From contig OZ241829.1 of assembly GCA_965202585.1 (NCBI GenBank), positions 61,628,001 to 61,692,000 of the forward strand: 64,000 nt of DNA, given 5' to 3'. The translations under genes and the position numbers were made by a program. This document shows, piece after piece, positions 13,792-26,125 of the stretch. Within the stretch, counting starts at the first letter, position 1. Each line of letters begins with the position of its first letter. Origin of the DNA: Thalia democratica (lineage: Eukaryota). The notes below the pieces were generated by a model. That model was not told the origin of the DNA. It made no database searches and saw only the letters and a list, made by a program, of their open reading frames with translations.

Positions 13792-14674
13792 GTGATGTTT
13801 CCATTTTTTTAGAAGCTACTTGACGTTTTTTTTCCTGAAATAACTGCTTTTCAAAGGCTTAAATACATCTTTTCAAAGGCTGCAGCCATGTTGATGCAAC
13901 TTTATGTTACTACAAATATAGCTAAGGTAGTTGAAAACAACTATCACATATTATTTCTAATTCATTAAAATGTTTGAGGTTTTAAGTATATAAGTTTTTA
14001 ATTCTAAGCACAGTAGCATTTGTACTATGAAATCTTTCTTAATAAAAAAACAACATTTTAGAGATTTTCTTAAATACTCGGTTCAAATTATAAATTTAAA
14101 AGATTATTTAAGCTGATAGTTTCTTAACTTACCTCCAAAAGAACTTAACCTAAATACAAAAATAAGTTGTATAGCCACTAGAATACACTAGTACTTTTTC
14201 TAATAACTAAGTTTTACAACATGACTCGGTTAATGCTTTAACAACAACAACATCATGCATTTTAAAAAGAAAAGTTTAACTGCATTTAATTTTGTAAATG
14301 TTTGTTTACGATAAACCTTATTTTATCTTATTAGTTTTAACACTTTCGATTAAGCGTTAGGTGCTCAATATAAAATTTTGAAAGTTTCGTTTGTAGTTTG
14401 TGATTGTTCGTTATTTTTAGATGTTCGAATTCGTTTAATTTGTTTTTGTCCACGGACCAATAACAGACTTGCATTTAAAAGTATTTTGTTTGAATGTTTT
14501 AATCATTTTCGTGAATAAATTTTGTTTAATTTTATTTTGCGTAGCATCACAATTATAATCAAACTAATTTTTATGTTTCAGTAAGGATTCTTCAGAAGTT
14601 GTCTACCTACATAATAAGTTTTTATTTTCATTATTAGTGTCATTGGCAAAGTAAATATTTTGCACGAATGAATG

Positions 14675-15087
14675 CAGGGTTGCCACTTTACCTGGAATAG
14701 TCTGGAATTTGACAATTTAGGAAAAAAAAACCTGGACAAACCCGGAATTTGGGAAATTTTGAAAAAACCTTGAAAAACCTGGAATTTTAAACAAAAATCA
14801 CTAAAAAAACCTAGACTTTTAACAATATTCACATTCAGTAGTAAAATTTCAAATTGACGTTAAAAATATATCATATAAGTAAAAAATATTTGTCATCATC
14901 AAAAAATTTTTTGTTAAAAATCATATTTAAAGTAGCTTAAAAGTATCTTTTTAATGTTTTTATACTATTTAACACAATTTCTTACCTTAAACTTAACTTT
15001 AAACTAAAAATAGACCAAAAAATGTGTACTTTAAAAAACCTGGAAGAAATTTGGAAAAACTGGAAAAAAAAAACAAGTGGCAACCTT
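14675..15087. mobile_element. hAT-like MITE, family A
   Basis: Ends CAGGGTTGCCAC / GTGGCAACCTT; flanks AATGAATG / ATGAATG; internal sequence colinear with 12249-12631. Confidence 0.8.
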
Positions 15088-15594
15088 ATGAATGTACTAA
15101 AAATTACATGTTTAATAATTACTCGGTAATCATATTTAAGTATCAAAAAAAATAGAAAAAAAGTTTTGGTTTAAATTAGGTTTCGATTTAAAATAATGAA
15201 GGTGTTTTCACTTTCAAAAAGACTTAATTTAATAAACGTTATGGTAGGTTAATCTATATTTTATCACCTTGATAGACAACTAATTATGACGACTTTGCTG
15301 TTAAATTTAGTGAAAAAATTGTTTTCGAAGACTTTGTATGATACTTACGGATATTTTTTATACTTATAAATCAATTACAATAACCTCTCGCGAATATACG
15401 CATACAGTGTTCACAGAACGTGGTAAACGAGAGGTAGCAAGTATACTTACCATATTGGCTGTTTTCTGATAATGCATTTGATTAAATATAGTTTGGGAAC
15501 TTTCTCAGTTTTTTAATATTTAAATTGTAAGTACATATACGTGAACAATTTTTCAATAAATATTGTTTGTATGTATACAAAGTATTTTTTCTAT

Positions 15595-15673
15595 TTTGTT
15601 CCTTGCCCACTTAAGATAGAATAACCTTTCTCTAATGCAATATAAGTTTATTCTTAGGATGGCAAGGAACAAA
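15595..15673. repeat. Small inverted repeat (possible mini-MITE)
   Basis: TTTGTTCCTTGCC (15595-15607) and its exact reverse complement GGCAAGGAACAAA (15661-15673). Confidence 0.55.
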
Positions 15674-16324
15674 TTAACTAAAAATGAGAAAATTATTTAG
15701 TTAAAATGAAACTTTATGCCATAACTACCTTGAGGAAATAAGCTTTGTACCTTGTTTGACTTAAAGGTTTAAAGGGTGGCTAAGATACCTTAAATATAAA
15801 GAGCAAAACCATAGATATTGTTCAATTGCTTCCTTATGGGAGGCACAAACTAAACATGCCATTATATTAGTTTTAATTAAAATAAATTTTCTTCTATATC
15901 AAAAAAAATATATTAACTTTAAATTTTAAAATTATATGAAAAATTAAAGTAATATTTACAAAATAAATACATCAGTTTTTCAATACAAAATATTTTTCAT
16001 TTTGATTTTTTCTGACTTCTATAATGCGTAATTAAATGGAGAGTGCGTAACCAACTGAGCAGTTTGCATAGACTTGCGTGAGGTGACTTTATTAAATTTA
16101 GCTGGTAACAAAACATTGTTAAATTCTAACATAAAATGACCTAACTCATATAGATACAGACTCTAAACATTTTTCTTTGTAATTTTATCTTCTTACAGTA
16201 TCATCATTTTTTTAAGTATATTAATTTAACTGCTTTGTTTATGAGAACACTAATATTTGTTTATATTTCTTTTACTGACTCTTTTCCGAACAATATGCCA
16301 TATCTAATATATAAGAAAAATAAT

Positions 16325-16700
16325 CTTCTGAGCCACATAAAAAGGAAAAAGTCCAGCTTAAAAAAAACTAAACATGAGCTTTATTTCGTTGAAAATTTTG
16401 ACTGTACTTAATATATAAAATCACACCATAGTAATCTTATTATTAAATTAAAAGAAACTTAAAAAGTTTTGATACCTGACTTGAATTTTTTTTAATTAAG
16501 ATTGTTCGGAAAAATTTTTATAAACAATATGCAGCATTTGAAATTGTTTATTACAGCAACTATACAAAATATAGCAAAAACCTTGCAAAAGTTTTTATTA
16601 GTAGGTAGATAAGAACTAAAAAGCTTAAATAATAAATAAACTCTTGATAACAGTTTTACTTTTTTTCCGATTAATAAAAAAAACATACATTTAAATATGA
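16325..16700 (+). repeat. Dispersed repeat, direct copy at ~19886-20250
   Basis: Shared blocks CTTCT(G/C)AGCCAC..AAAAGGAAAAA, ATGAGCTTT, TTATTATTAAAT, TTATTACAGCAACT in the same order; boundaries approximate. Confidence 0.6.
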
Positions 16701-18009
16701 TTGGTATTAGGATAAATATATTTTGCTTTAAAATATAAATTAAATAAATCAAATAATTTTTGAACTAATATCGATTGGCATTAGCAAACATTTGTAAAAC
16801 TACGTTATTAAATAAAATATTCTTTGCCAGATTTCTCGTATACATTAATTTCATCGCACCATATTTTGCCCGGTCTTTCGCCCCAATTATCTTTCTTGTC
16901 CTTTTCATAACTATCTCCTTTCATCAATATCCCGCCCTACCTTGGGCTCGGTCTCCATCTGCCACGTCATCGTTCTCGTTGTCACGTGTTAATCGTCTAT
17001 CTGCCGCGTCCGGTTGTCGATTTTTAGTTTAATCGAAATCGGCGATTTTACCTGGTGGGTCCCTTGATTTTGTAATCGTGTAAAATGAAGAGATATTTTG
17101 TTTTTGCTTTTGAATAAAGTTGTTCAAAAACTTACTGGTAGAATAAATAAGCTAACCTGTACTTTATTTATAATACAAAAATAAAAGGAAAAATTTTGTT
17201 ATTTAGTTATTGTTCTTTTAACTTTTGTTGGTTAACTAAAACGTAATATTATTTATACTTAGATTTCAAAATAATTTAATTAACTTTCTGTTATGCATAC
17301 TTCACTTTTTTAAGGATTATCTTTTTTACAAAATACTTAAAATAGTTACTCCAAATTTAGATTGGGGTTTCCAAAACTTTTTTTTCTTAACTCCCCTGCA
17401 ATAAAATAAAAAAGGCAATGACCTTCTCCAATGAGACTTAACTACAATGTTAATAAATTCACTGTGTGCACCCTTGATCCATATAGTTAGTATCCGGCAA
17501 AATCTGATTTTTTTCTGTAAAATCTTGTGCAAGTTTCAAAACTACCCTTCAATACGACTAAGCTTTTTTTTCTTCAACATCAACTCCAGAACATCTAATG
17601 TAAGGTTTAAATTATGCCCCTTAAGGCCCCTATACTAGTCACAGCACCTTATTTATCCCCTTTGCAGCTTATGGCTCCCTAACCTTTTTTCTTTAATTTC
17701 TACCACATAGTTTACACATTTTTTATCTTTTCTTAATGTTTTCGTTTTTAAAAAACTGAGGATACTTGAATTTATGCTATTATTTTCGTTTGATAATATA
17801 AAAAAAGAAACGTGCTAGAAATAAAGCTATTTTGTATAGTTAAAAGTTTAAGGTTAGCTAGACACGAACTTTTTCCCTGCATATATTTTATAACAACATT
17901 AAAAAGTTTGTTAAACTCGGCTAAAAAGTTAGTTATTTCTTTTAATCAACGTTTATTTGTTTTATTTAAAAAAAACTATAGCCATCTATAATTAAACCTT
18001 TTAAGTTAT

Positions 18010-19070
18010 ATTTTTCCTATAGAGTGCTCCCATAGAGCAACTATATCCTGGTAAGTTGGCCCATTACTTGTAAACAGCTGCTAACTTGTTGTATAGAGTA
18101 CTTAGTACATGAAAACTAAATTTGCAATATTGACTAATGCTAAATAAAATACACTTGACAAAACAAAATCATAAGATAATATGACACATACTTTTATTCT
18201 TAAACAAATTTTACCTTAAAAAGTATACAACGTAGTATAATTTGCCATTGATTAATATTTTACACGACATATAGTTTAAACTACATTGAACAGAATTAAG
18301 TTAAAATGTACCAGAAATGAAACTTGACGCTGAAAGCAGTTGGTAGAAAAATAGAAAGCAGTAGTGTTATTGTCAACTTCATAGTACTTTGGTTATAGCA
18401 GCTATACAAGTGTGTAGCATAGCAACGCAGCTATCTTTAGCCTAAAAGCTTCAGGAAAAAAAAAAGTTAGAACTTTTCTTGCCTAAAGAATATTTTCAAG
18501 ATTATTTCAGTTCTTTAGTGTTGGTGGAAAAAAAAGACTGTTTTTTTTAATAATTATGTTTTTGCTTTCTTGACTTTGATGCTTTTGAATATTTAAATTT
18601 TTTCCACTTTCGATCCCTTATCGTTAAACTTATCGATTATTGGTATATGTTGTCATTTGTCAGAGATAAAACTGTGTTTTAAAAGGTTTAAAAACTAAAT
18701 CAGTTTAAATATATTTTAAATTAGATTCAACATAAACGAAAGATCAATGCTACTTTTACTAAGCTTTTACTTAGTTTTTACACAGAATTCGTTGACATTT
18801 TTTTTTGTGCAGTAGAAAATAACATTCTTTATATATTTTATATGTAAATTTATTATATAAGTATAAGATTTAGAATAGTACTTGACTTTATTCGTACAAA
18901 AAACGTGTTAAGTTAAACTTTTCAGCTTTAGATATTTGAAAGAAACAAAAGAGTTACAAAAATTAAAAGTATAACTTTAAAACTGTGTACTTTTTAAGTA
19001 TTTTGAACATTTTGTAGCTTAAATTTTATTCATCTAGAACGCTTCGATTTACCGTATATATTTGTAGTAG
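18010..19070 (+). repeat. Dispersed repeat with an inverted, internally shortened copy at ~58100-58655
   Basis: TATAGAGTGCTCCCATAGAGCAACTAT..GGTAAGTTGGCC..GTATAGAGTACTTAGTAC (18018-18108) matches the reverse complement of 58555-58650; 18880-19065 matches the reverse complement of ~58105-58320. Confidence 0.65.
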
Positions 19071-21179
19071 AGCTTGTTAATAGTTTTAACTATAAAAACT
19101 ATGTTACATAATATTTCTATATAGGATATTAAACCTATTTTATAAAGAAAATAGTTACGTACAAGTTAAGATTTTTTTGAAAATTATTAAAAAGTCTTAA
19201 ATTCCGGATTAAACAGTTTATGAATTTTTTTTTTCTCCAACAGAAAAACTAAGTTATTTATTTTTTAGCGTGAGTGTAAAAAAAAAATATGCTTTTTATT
19301 TAGAGTTTTAAATTTTAGCTCTTACAAACATAATAACTTTCAAAATAACTAGCCCACCGACTAAAGTATTAAACTGTTTGAGTTTTTTCAGTATTGCTAA
19401 CAAAAACTTATTTGAAATTTTCGTAATTTGCTTGTTTGTTTTTAAGATTTTTAAATCTTTTTATAACTTTTTTTTTCAAATTATTTAAATTGTTGTTATA
19501 ATTATTGTTATCATAATTTTAAACTAGAACTAAACTTTATCTAAAAACTTCAAACTAAGACAAACTTAAATTATTAAAAACCAAAGGTCCTACACAAAAC
19601 AATCAATGTTACTTTTAACAATCTTCTATTTAGTAATATAACTTTATCTTATTTAAACTTAACTTATTTCCACATCTATAGAAATATTTTAAAAAACACT
19701 TAGAAAAATATTATCTAAAAGTTTAGTAATGTCTAATAAAATATATATTATCTTTTTTGTATCTCAAAAACAGTACAGTTTTTAAAACATTCGTATGCAT
19801 TAAAACTAACACTATTTGATAAATTTTATACCAGAAATTAGGCTAGCTTTTTTTGAGGAATAGACGTGATTCGTTGAAAAAGTTTCTTCTCAGCCACACT
19901 AAAAGGAAAAAATACAGTTTTTTAAAACAAAATATGAGCTTTGTTTTCATTATATTCAATGTTTATTATTAAATAAAAGGAAACGTTAAAAAAAAAGTTT
20001 TTAAGTCTAACTTTAAATATTTTTCAATTGATATTTCAAAAAAAATTCTGTAAACAAAATTCAATTTTCTAAACCTTTTATTACAGCAACTTTACAAAAA
20101 ACTTTTTAATATATCTGATCCTTAATATTATAGATAATAGAAATTTATGAACGAAGTCAAAGTAAACTATTGCAGTTTATTATGAAAGCTAGTAAAGTGT
20201 AATTTAATTAAACCCTTTTGTTTTTCTAAATAAAAAAATACATTATTTTCATAAACATTCGTAAGCTTATTGATTTGTTACGAATATTTGAACAATTAGT
20301 TATTTTTTTCTAAAGTTGTTATAGTTTTATATAGAGCAGGGTTCAGCAAAGCAAAAAGTCAGTAGCTCGCATTGTATTTTTAGCTAAAAAATTTTCTATA
20401 ACTAACAATATAAGTGTTTATGTAAGATTAAATAAAAGTGAGTCATTGTATTTGAATATAAAGTTCGGTTTAAGATAGTTTGACTCATTAAAATAACTAA
20501 TATTAACTTAAAAAAACAAAAAACACCTTTTTAGCATCACTTAAAGTATGAGGCTAAACAACAACAGATACTTTTTAATTATTGAAGAAAAAACATTTTA
20601 TACATATGTAAATAACAAATAATCATTTATACTATTTTTTAGAATTCCACACAAAAAAATTATTACCAAGCTTTAATCTGTATTTTCGCTTAGCTCATCA
20701 ACAGAAAAGCATCACTAAAAACAAAACTAAGAGCAGAAAAAAAGCTTTGTTTAGAGTATTTAACACTGAATACACTCGTGCTAATTACTTTTGTATATTT
20801 ATTTTTAATAGTTATGTATTTCTATGGTGTCAGTAAAGGTAACGTATTTAATTTTTTTCAAAATACTTAAGAGAAAAGTAAGTATCAGAACTTGTTAAAG
20901 TAAAACATGTCTTTAGTTATTTATAAGAATTGAAAAATGTAAAATGTTTAACCATAAGAAAGCAAATTTTCAATAAAAAATAGTAAATGTTTTTAATTTT
21001 TACTTAATTTCAAACAAGTTACTATAATACTGACTAGCTTGGTATTTATAAAAAGTAATTAATTTTTACTTAATTTTTTATTATAATCATATTCATGTAA
21101 AGAAAATTGGCTGCAGCTCTTATAAGTTTGTTTTCAAAGCAGAGCTATTATAGTTTTACCTTCCTTTGGACGATCAGTT

Positions 21180-22334
21180 CTAAAACTTATACTTCTTTGC
21201 GCTTAACTCGTCAAGACTAATCGTGTGCCCACAGAATTTATTACAGCTAGATTTAAGAAAATTCTCATTTTTGTAAGTGGTGCGGGTCATTTCTCTTTTG
21301 AACCTCCTATCAAATCCAAACGTTTCAAACGGATTCCTGCTTCCCCTGCTCCGAACCGCCACGTGCTTAACGATGCGTGACACGTCAAAAGTCACTTGCG
21401 GCAGCTCGGTTTCCGGATTCAACATTCTCACGTCTATTTCGCTGCGTCCGTAACCGCTCACCTGATCGGGCGACACCCAGGCCAGCCCGCCGATTTCCCC
21501 TCTCTTGGTGTAGTTGACGTCCACCCTGCTTCTGCTGAAGCCTTCCACCATGTAAAGGTGTACGCGCTTCCTTCTGCTTCCAACGTGTTCGACCTTCACG
21601 CGACGCTTCATGTTTTCAATTTCGGCGTCTGACAGCTTCACTCCGGTCTCCTCGCGCAACTCCCTGACGGCGGTCAGCTTCAGGTCTTTGTCGTCGGCAA
21701 AGTCCATTTTGCCCATGGGGAAGTTTAGCTTGTTTTGATATCTTTTCCGGTAGTTTTGTACGACGCAGAGCATTTCGTTTCTTTCGTTTACGACAACTAC
21801 GCCAGCTACCGGTAAGTTGTATTTAAAGTTTTGAATGTGATCGTAGAAGCTTTTAAAACAATTCACTTTGACGCCTTCCAACTTGCGTTCGTACTTTTCG
21901 TAACAGTACTTCCATGCTGCTTTTTTGGTCTTTATCTCAACTACGCTTTCATTAGCCGCAATAAAGTCATAGCAGATCGAGTCTATTGCGTTGATGACTT
22001 TGAGAAATGCTATTAACTTTCCGTTGTTTGTGTCATGAAAGAAAGAATCGACTTTGTTTCGTAGTTCAACGCTCAGATAAGAAGGTTCTTTAAAAACTTT
22101 TTCGTTATCAAATTTCCGTTGAATAAAACTTCGCCACTGGTTTATTCCGAGTAGACGCGATGGTGACAACACTTTATTTTCTTTTTCTATTATTTTGTTT
22201 TGTATTTCAACGCTAAAAGAGGAAGGCTCTTTGAAATTGATTTTGTTGTTAAATTTCTGTTGAATGAAAGTTCTCCATTGGTTTATCCCTATGAGATGCG
22301 ATGGTGACAGTAGATTATTTTCTTTTTCTATCAT
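21180..22334 (-). CDS. Intronless divergent DCP2-like Nudix hydrolase (putative mRNA-decapping enzyme), 384 aa from first ATG
   Basis: Nudix box GKMDFADDKDLKLTAVRELREETGV (21713-21639); DCP2-type flanks FKYNLPVAG, NFPMGK, HLYMVEG, TKRGEIGGLAW (cf. DCP2 YKMGVPTYG, GFPKGK, RLYIIPG, TRREIRNIEW). Splice acceptor (TTTTCCTAG) at 22354 just upstream of ATG 22334, so an upstream exon or trans-splice is possible. Confidence 0.8.
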   Translation of the reverse strand: MIEKENNLLSPSHLIGINQWRTFIQQKFNNKINFKEPSSFSVEIQNKIIEKENKVLSPSRLLGINQWRSFIQRKFDNEKVFKEPSYLSVELRNKVDSFFHDTNNGKLIAFLKVINAIDSICYDFIAANESVVEIKTKKAAWKYCYEKYERKLEGVKVNCFKSFYDHIQNFKYNLPVAGVVVVNERNEMLCVVQNYRKRYQNKLNFPMGKMDFADDKDLKLTAVRELREETGVKLSDAEIENMKRRVKVEHVGSRRKRVHLYMVEGFSRSRVDVNYTKRGEIGGLAWVSPDQVSGYGRSEIDVRMLNPETELPQVTFDVSRIVKHVAVRSRGSRNPFETFGFDRRFKREMTRTTYKNENFLKSSCNKFCGHTISLDELSAKKYKF

Positions 22335-25300
22335 TTTCAAATACAATTTACAGCTAGGAAAAAAGGCCTGTTTTAGTAAATAAAATGTTTTAAATTCAAT
22401 AAATTATTTTGATTATTTTGATCTTACATCAAATTTAACAAGAACTGTAATAATTAGACAATAACTAAATAATGTATGCTGAAAAAATGATGACAGATGT
22501 TTTGAACTTTCGTAAAACTTTTTTTTATAGATTTGGATAAAATACTTTTGTTGAAATAAAATGATAACAATTCAAAAGTGATTTGTTTTAGTTTAATAAC
22601 ACTCGCTGTTTAACACAGCTATATTCGTAGTAGACTTTTAGGCCTGATTTCTTATCGTGTTAATAGTCATAAAAAATAATTACGTTTTTTTAATCAAAAA
22701 TATCTAAACATATAAGTTTATATAAATTAACTTTGTATATAAGCAATACTGTGCCTTAAAAAGTTTGAAAACTATAAAAACGTAATAAAATTACTTAGTT
22801 TTTCCTAACAAAATTTTAATATTGAATATCATTTTCAAACTTAATTTTGAAGCTTTCCTAAAACTTTATATAAGCTACTTGATTGTTTATAGTTAATCAC
22901 ATAAAAGATAAGTTTAGTTTAAAGATGTATAAAACATATATTTATTCCTTTCCATGCCTGTTGTGTATGGATTTTTTAGAACCACAGAAGTATTATAAAT
23001 CTGTAGAGCTTTGTCAAAAATAACCCGTCTTCAATTATATTTTATATGGTATGTGATATAAAATGTACTATCAACTTTTTTTCTAAAGTTCTATGATAAA
23101 AGTTCATGCTTTAAAGCAAAGAACGAACATATTTTTTAACTCTGCGAAATCGTACCATTTACGAATTAAACAACAAAAATAAAACTAAAAGAAACACTAA
23201 CTTAATCATATTTAAAAATCTAATTTTATAAGTTCGAGTAACTTAAAAAAAAACTGTTTTTGATCTAATGAATTAAATTATATAGAAACTTGTCCACTTT
23301 ATTTAATTCCTTTAATCTAATTCACTGCACAAAACAACTAAAATAAGTACAAAAAGAAAAATCAACTTTAGCTCGAACAGTAACCAAGATGTTAATGACC
23401 AGAGGTGTTATACTAGCAAAACACCGGTATTTGTTCTGCCTAAATACAAAAAAAAACGGATAGCAACCTAAATTAAAGGTTTCTTTTAATACATACAAAT
23501 ATTATTTTTGTTTTTTTTTTTCACATACTATGTTAAGCAAATAAAATACAATACTTAATAATATAATTAACTTATGTTTCACATTACTTTCAAAAAATAT
23601 ATAACATAATTTAGGATAACGTTGTGGTTTTTATATTTTTAAATTTATGAAACTTTTATTGAACATTTTTTGATACTTTTTTTTCTCATATTATTGAAAA
23701 CGTTTTTAATATTAAAAATTTAAACATCAATTAAAAAAAAAAACAAGTTGATAAGATTTGTACTAAATATAATACAATCAAAATTTCTTCCAAAACTCTT
23801 TTTTAATAGTAAAGAACTTCGATTTTAAATTAAAACAAAAAAAAAACTTATATTGCAGAACTTTATACTAAACAAATTTTATTAAAAACTCTTTGTTAAA
23901 CTAGACAATTAAATGTAATCTTAGTTTTATGTATTACCAAAGTCTAGTTTGTAAAGTTTTATAATTATCATAAACAATTTTACATAATTATAGCACTGCT
24001 TAAAAATAATGATTTAAGTTGTAAGTTTTAAAAAACAGTTAAAAAACTTCTAAACTAATTAGTTTTCATTGATAAAATTGTTTACTTTAACAATAAACAG
24101 ATTATAATACATCTGCTTATTATTAAGCTTATTTAGTTTAACTTATAATCTTTAATGTTAATATAAACATTTTAGATAGTTATTGTTGAACAAGTATCAG
24201 TATTAAAGTACTTGTTATTAAAACATTTTTTTTTAATTAGCAATAAATGTTGTATACTATTAGAGAAGCATAAAATTTAAAGAAAGGCATATCAGACGAT
24301 CTATCACAACTTATTTTTGTAGTACTTTTCAATTAAATAATATTTAAACATTTTTTTAATACTCAATTATACTTTTTTTTTGACAGCTAGATTTTTCCTT
24401 ATCAACATAAAAAAGCACTTGTATATAGGTTTAAGTATACCATTTACTATAAAAAAAATAGATTAATTGCAAACAAAGACAGTTGAAAATATGTACAAAA
24501 ACGATTTACTTTAGAATTTAGTAACCAAAATAAACACAATAAGCTTGGTTAAATTCAAAACTAGTCAAATTTTTCAACTAAACTATTAAAAATTTAAAGA
24601 AAAACAAACTAGTTATATGCTGAAAAAAAAGAATCGGTAAAGTAAAACGAACACAAATGACTATGATAAGAAAAAACATAATACAATCGTCAACATTAAA
24701 AGTTCAAAAATTAGAAGATCAAGGAAAGTTCAGATTTTAGTTTACACAACAATAAAATCAATCAATGTTAGTCGACACCATTTATAAATAAGATTGTTGT
24801 AAAAAGTGCAAATGAAATAGTAAGTAACAAAACATGAGCAACGAAAATACAAAATAGATCTTAAGTAGGTAAACTTATGGCATTGCAAAAGTACATACAT
24901 TGAATTGCTAACTACTTACAATACTTTCTGCAATGAACACTTTAAAATGAGGTATAACAAAATAAGTTCCACAAACAGTAGATATTCAAATAACACTCAA
25001 ACAGTTTGAAAGTATTTAAAAATCTTTATAAGTAAAGAAAAGAAGCTTACTAGTCTGCTTTGATGAAAAATAAAACATTAGAAACCCATAAATTAGATTA
25101 TAGTATATACATTAAACAATGTTATTTTTTTATAAAAACACATTTAAATTTACTTCAAATTTTATTTTAGTTTTACGCTCTAAGGTAATATTGCTGTGTA
25201 GATAACGGGTCTATTTCAGTTATAAAAATAAAATATGTTTTGACTATTTTAATCGTATGATTTATTTGAAAATTTTTTTTATAATGTATACAAATTTATT

Positions 25301-25740
25301 ATAAGCACCTAGATGATGACTAGCAGTGGTATGATGCTCACTTTGGGTAAAGTACATATTAAGCGGACGATTTAAGAGACTTGATATTATAATACTATCA
25401 CCGCACTACTGAGTAAGCTAATAGCTGTATGATACTACTTAACCGGATTTATCGATTATTATAGATTAATAATCAAATGTTAAAAGTTCAGTAAAAAATT
25501 GTATATAAAACCGAAGTCTTCTAAAAGTAAGTATATTAAATAACTTGCTATATAACTTGTTAACAAAGCTAGTTTTTGATCTTAATAAGAGAAACCAGTT
25601 TTAACTTAAATAAAGTGTTTACGTTACAGTTAAGTTTAAACGAGTAAATTTACACAACAACATTATCTACTATTTTGTAACAATACTACATAAAATACAC
25701 AAAACGATACTAACACACTTTCAACAACGATTGCATATTC

Positions 25741-26125
25741 CGGGAAAATCCCGTTTAGTGAGACAAGTCGCACGAATTAAGCCGGGTAATAAGTTGGAGC
25801 GACTTCCTCCAAATTAAGAATGGCTAAACTGTTTTGGTCGGGCGAAACTTATTAACCTTGTAACTTGATAACTTTTTATTATAAGAAACAACTCAAAGAC
25901 GATATTTCTTTGTAACCTTGTAACTTCGTAACTTTTTATTATAAAAAACTCTGGCCAAGGCCCTGGCTAACTCTGACTCGTACAACACGAAAGCCCCCTG
26001 CAATAAGCAAAACTAAGCTTATATGCAGAAATGGTTCGAGAGAATAAGCTTTTCTCTGGCGAAAGTTTCCATTTTCTCGGAAACTTCCTTTAATTTAATC
26101 AAGTACTTATGGAAAAACTTCCCAA
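25741..26125. promoter_or_regulatory. Cluster of Rel/NF-kB-like sites
   Basis: GGGAAAATCCC (25742-25752), CGAAAGTTTCC (26060-26070), GGAAACTTCC (26079-26088), GGAAAAACTTCCC (26111-26123) in a locally GC-richer intergenic island. Confidence 0.35.
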
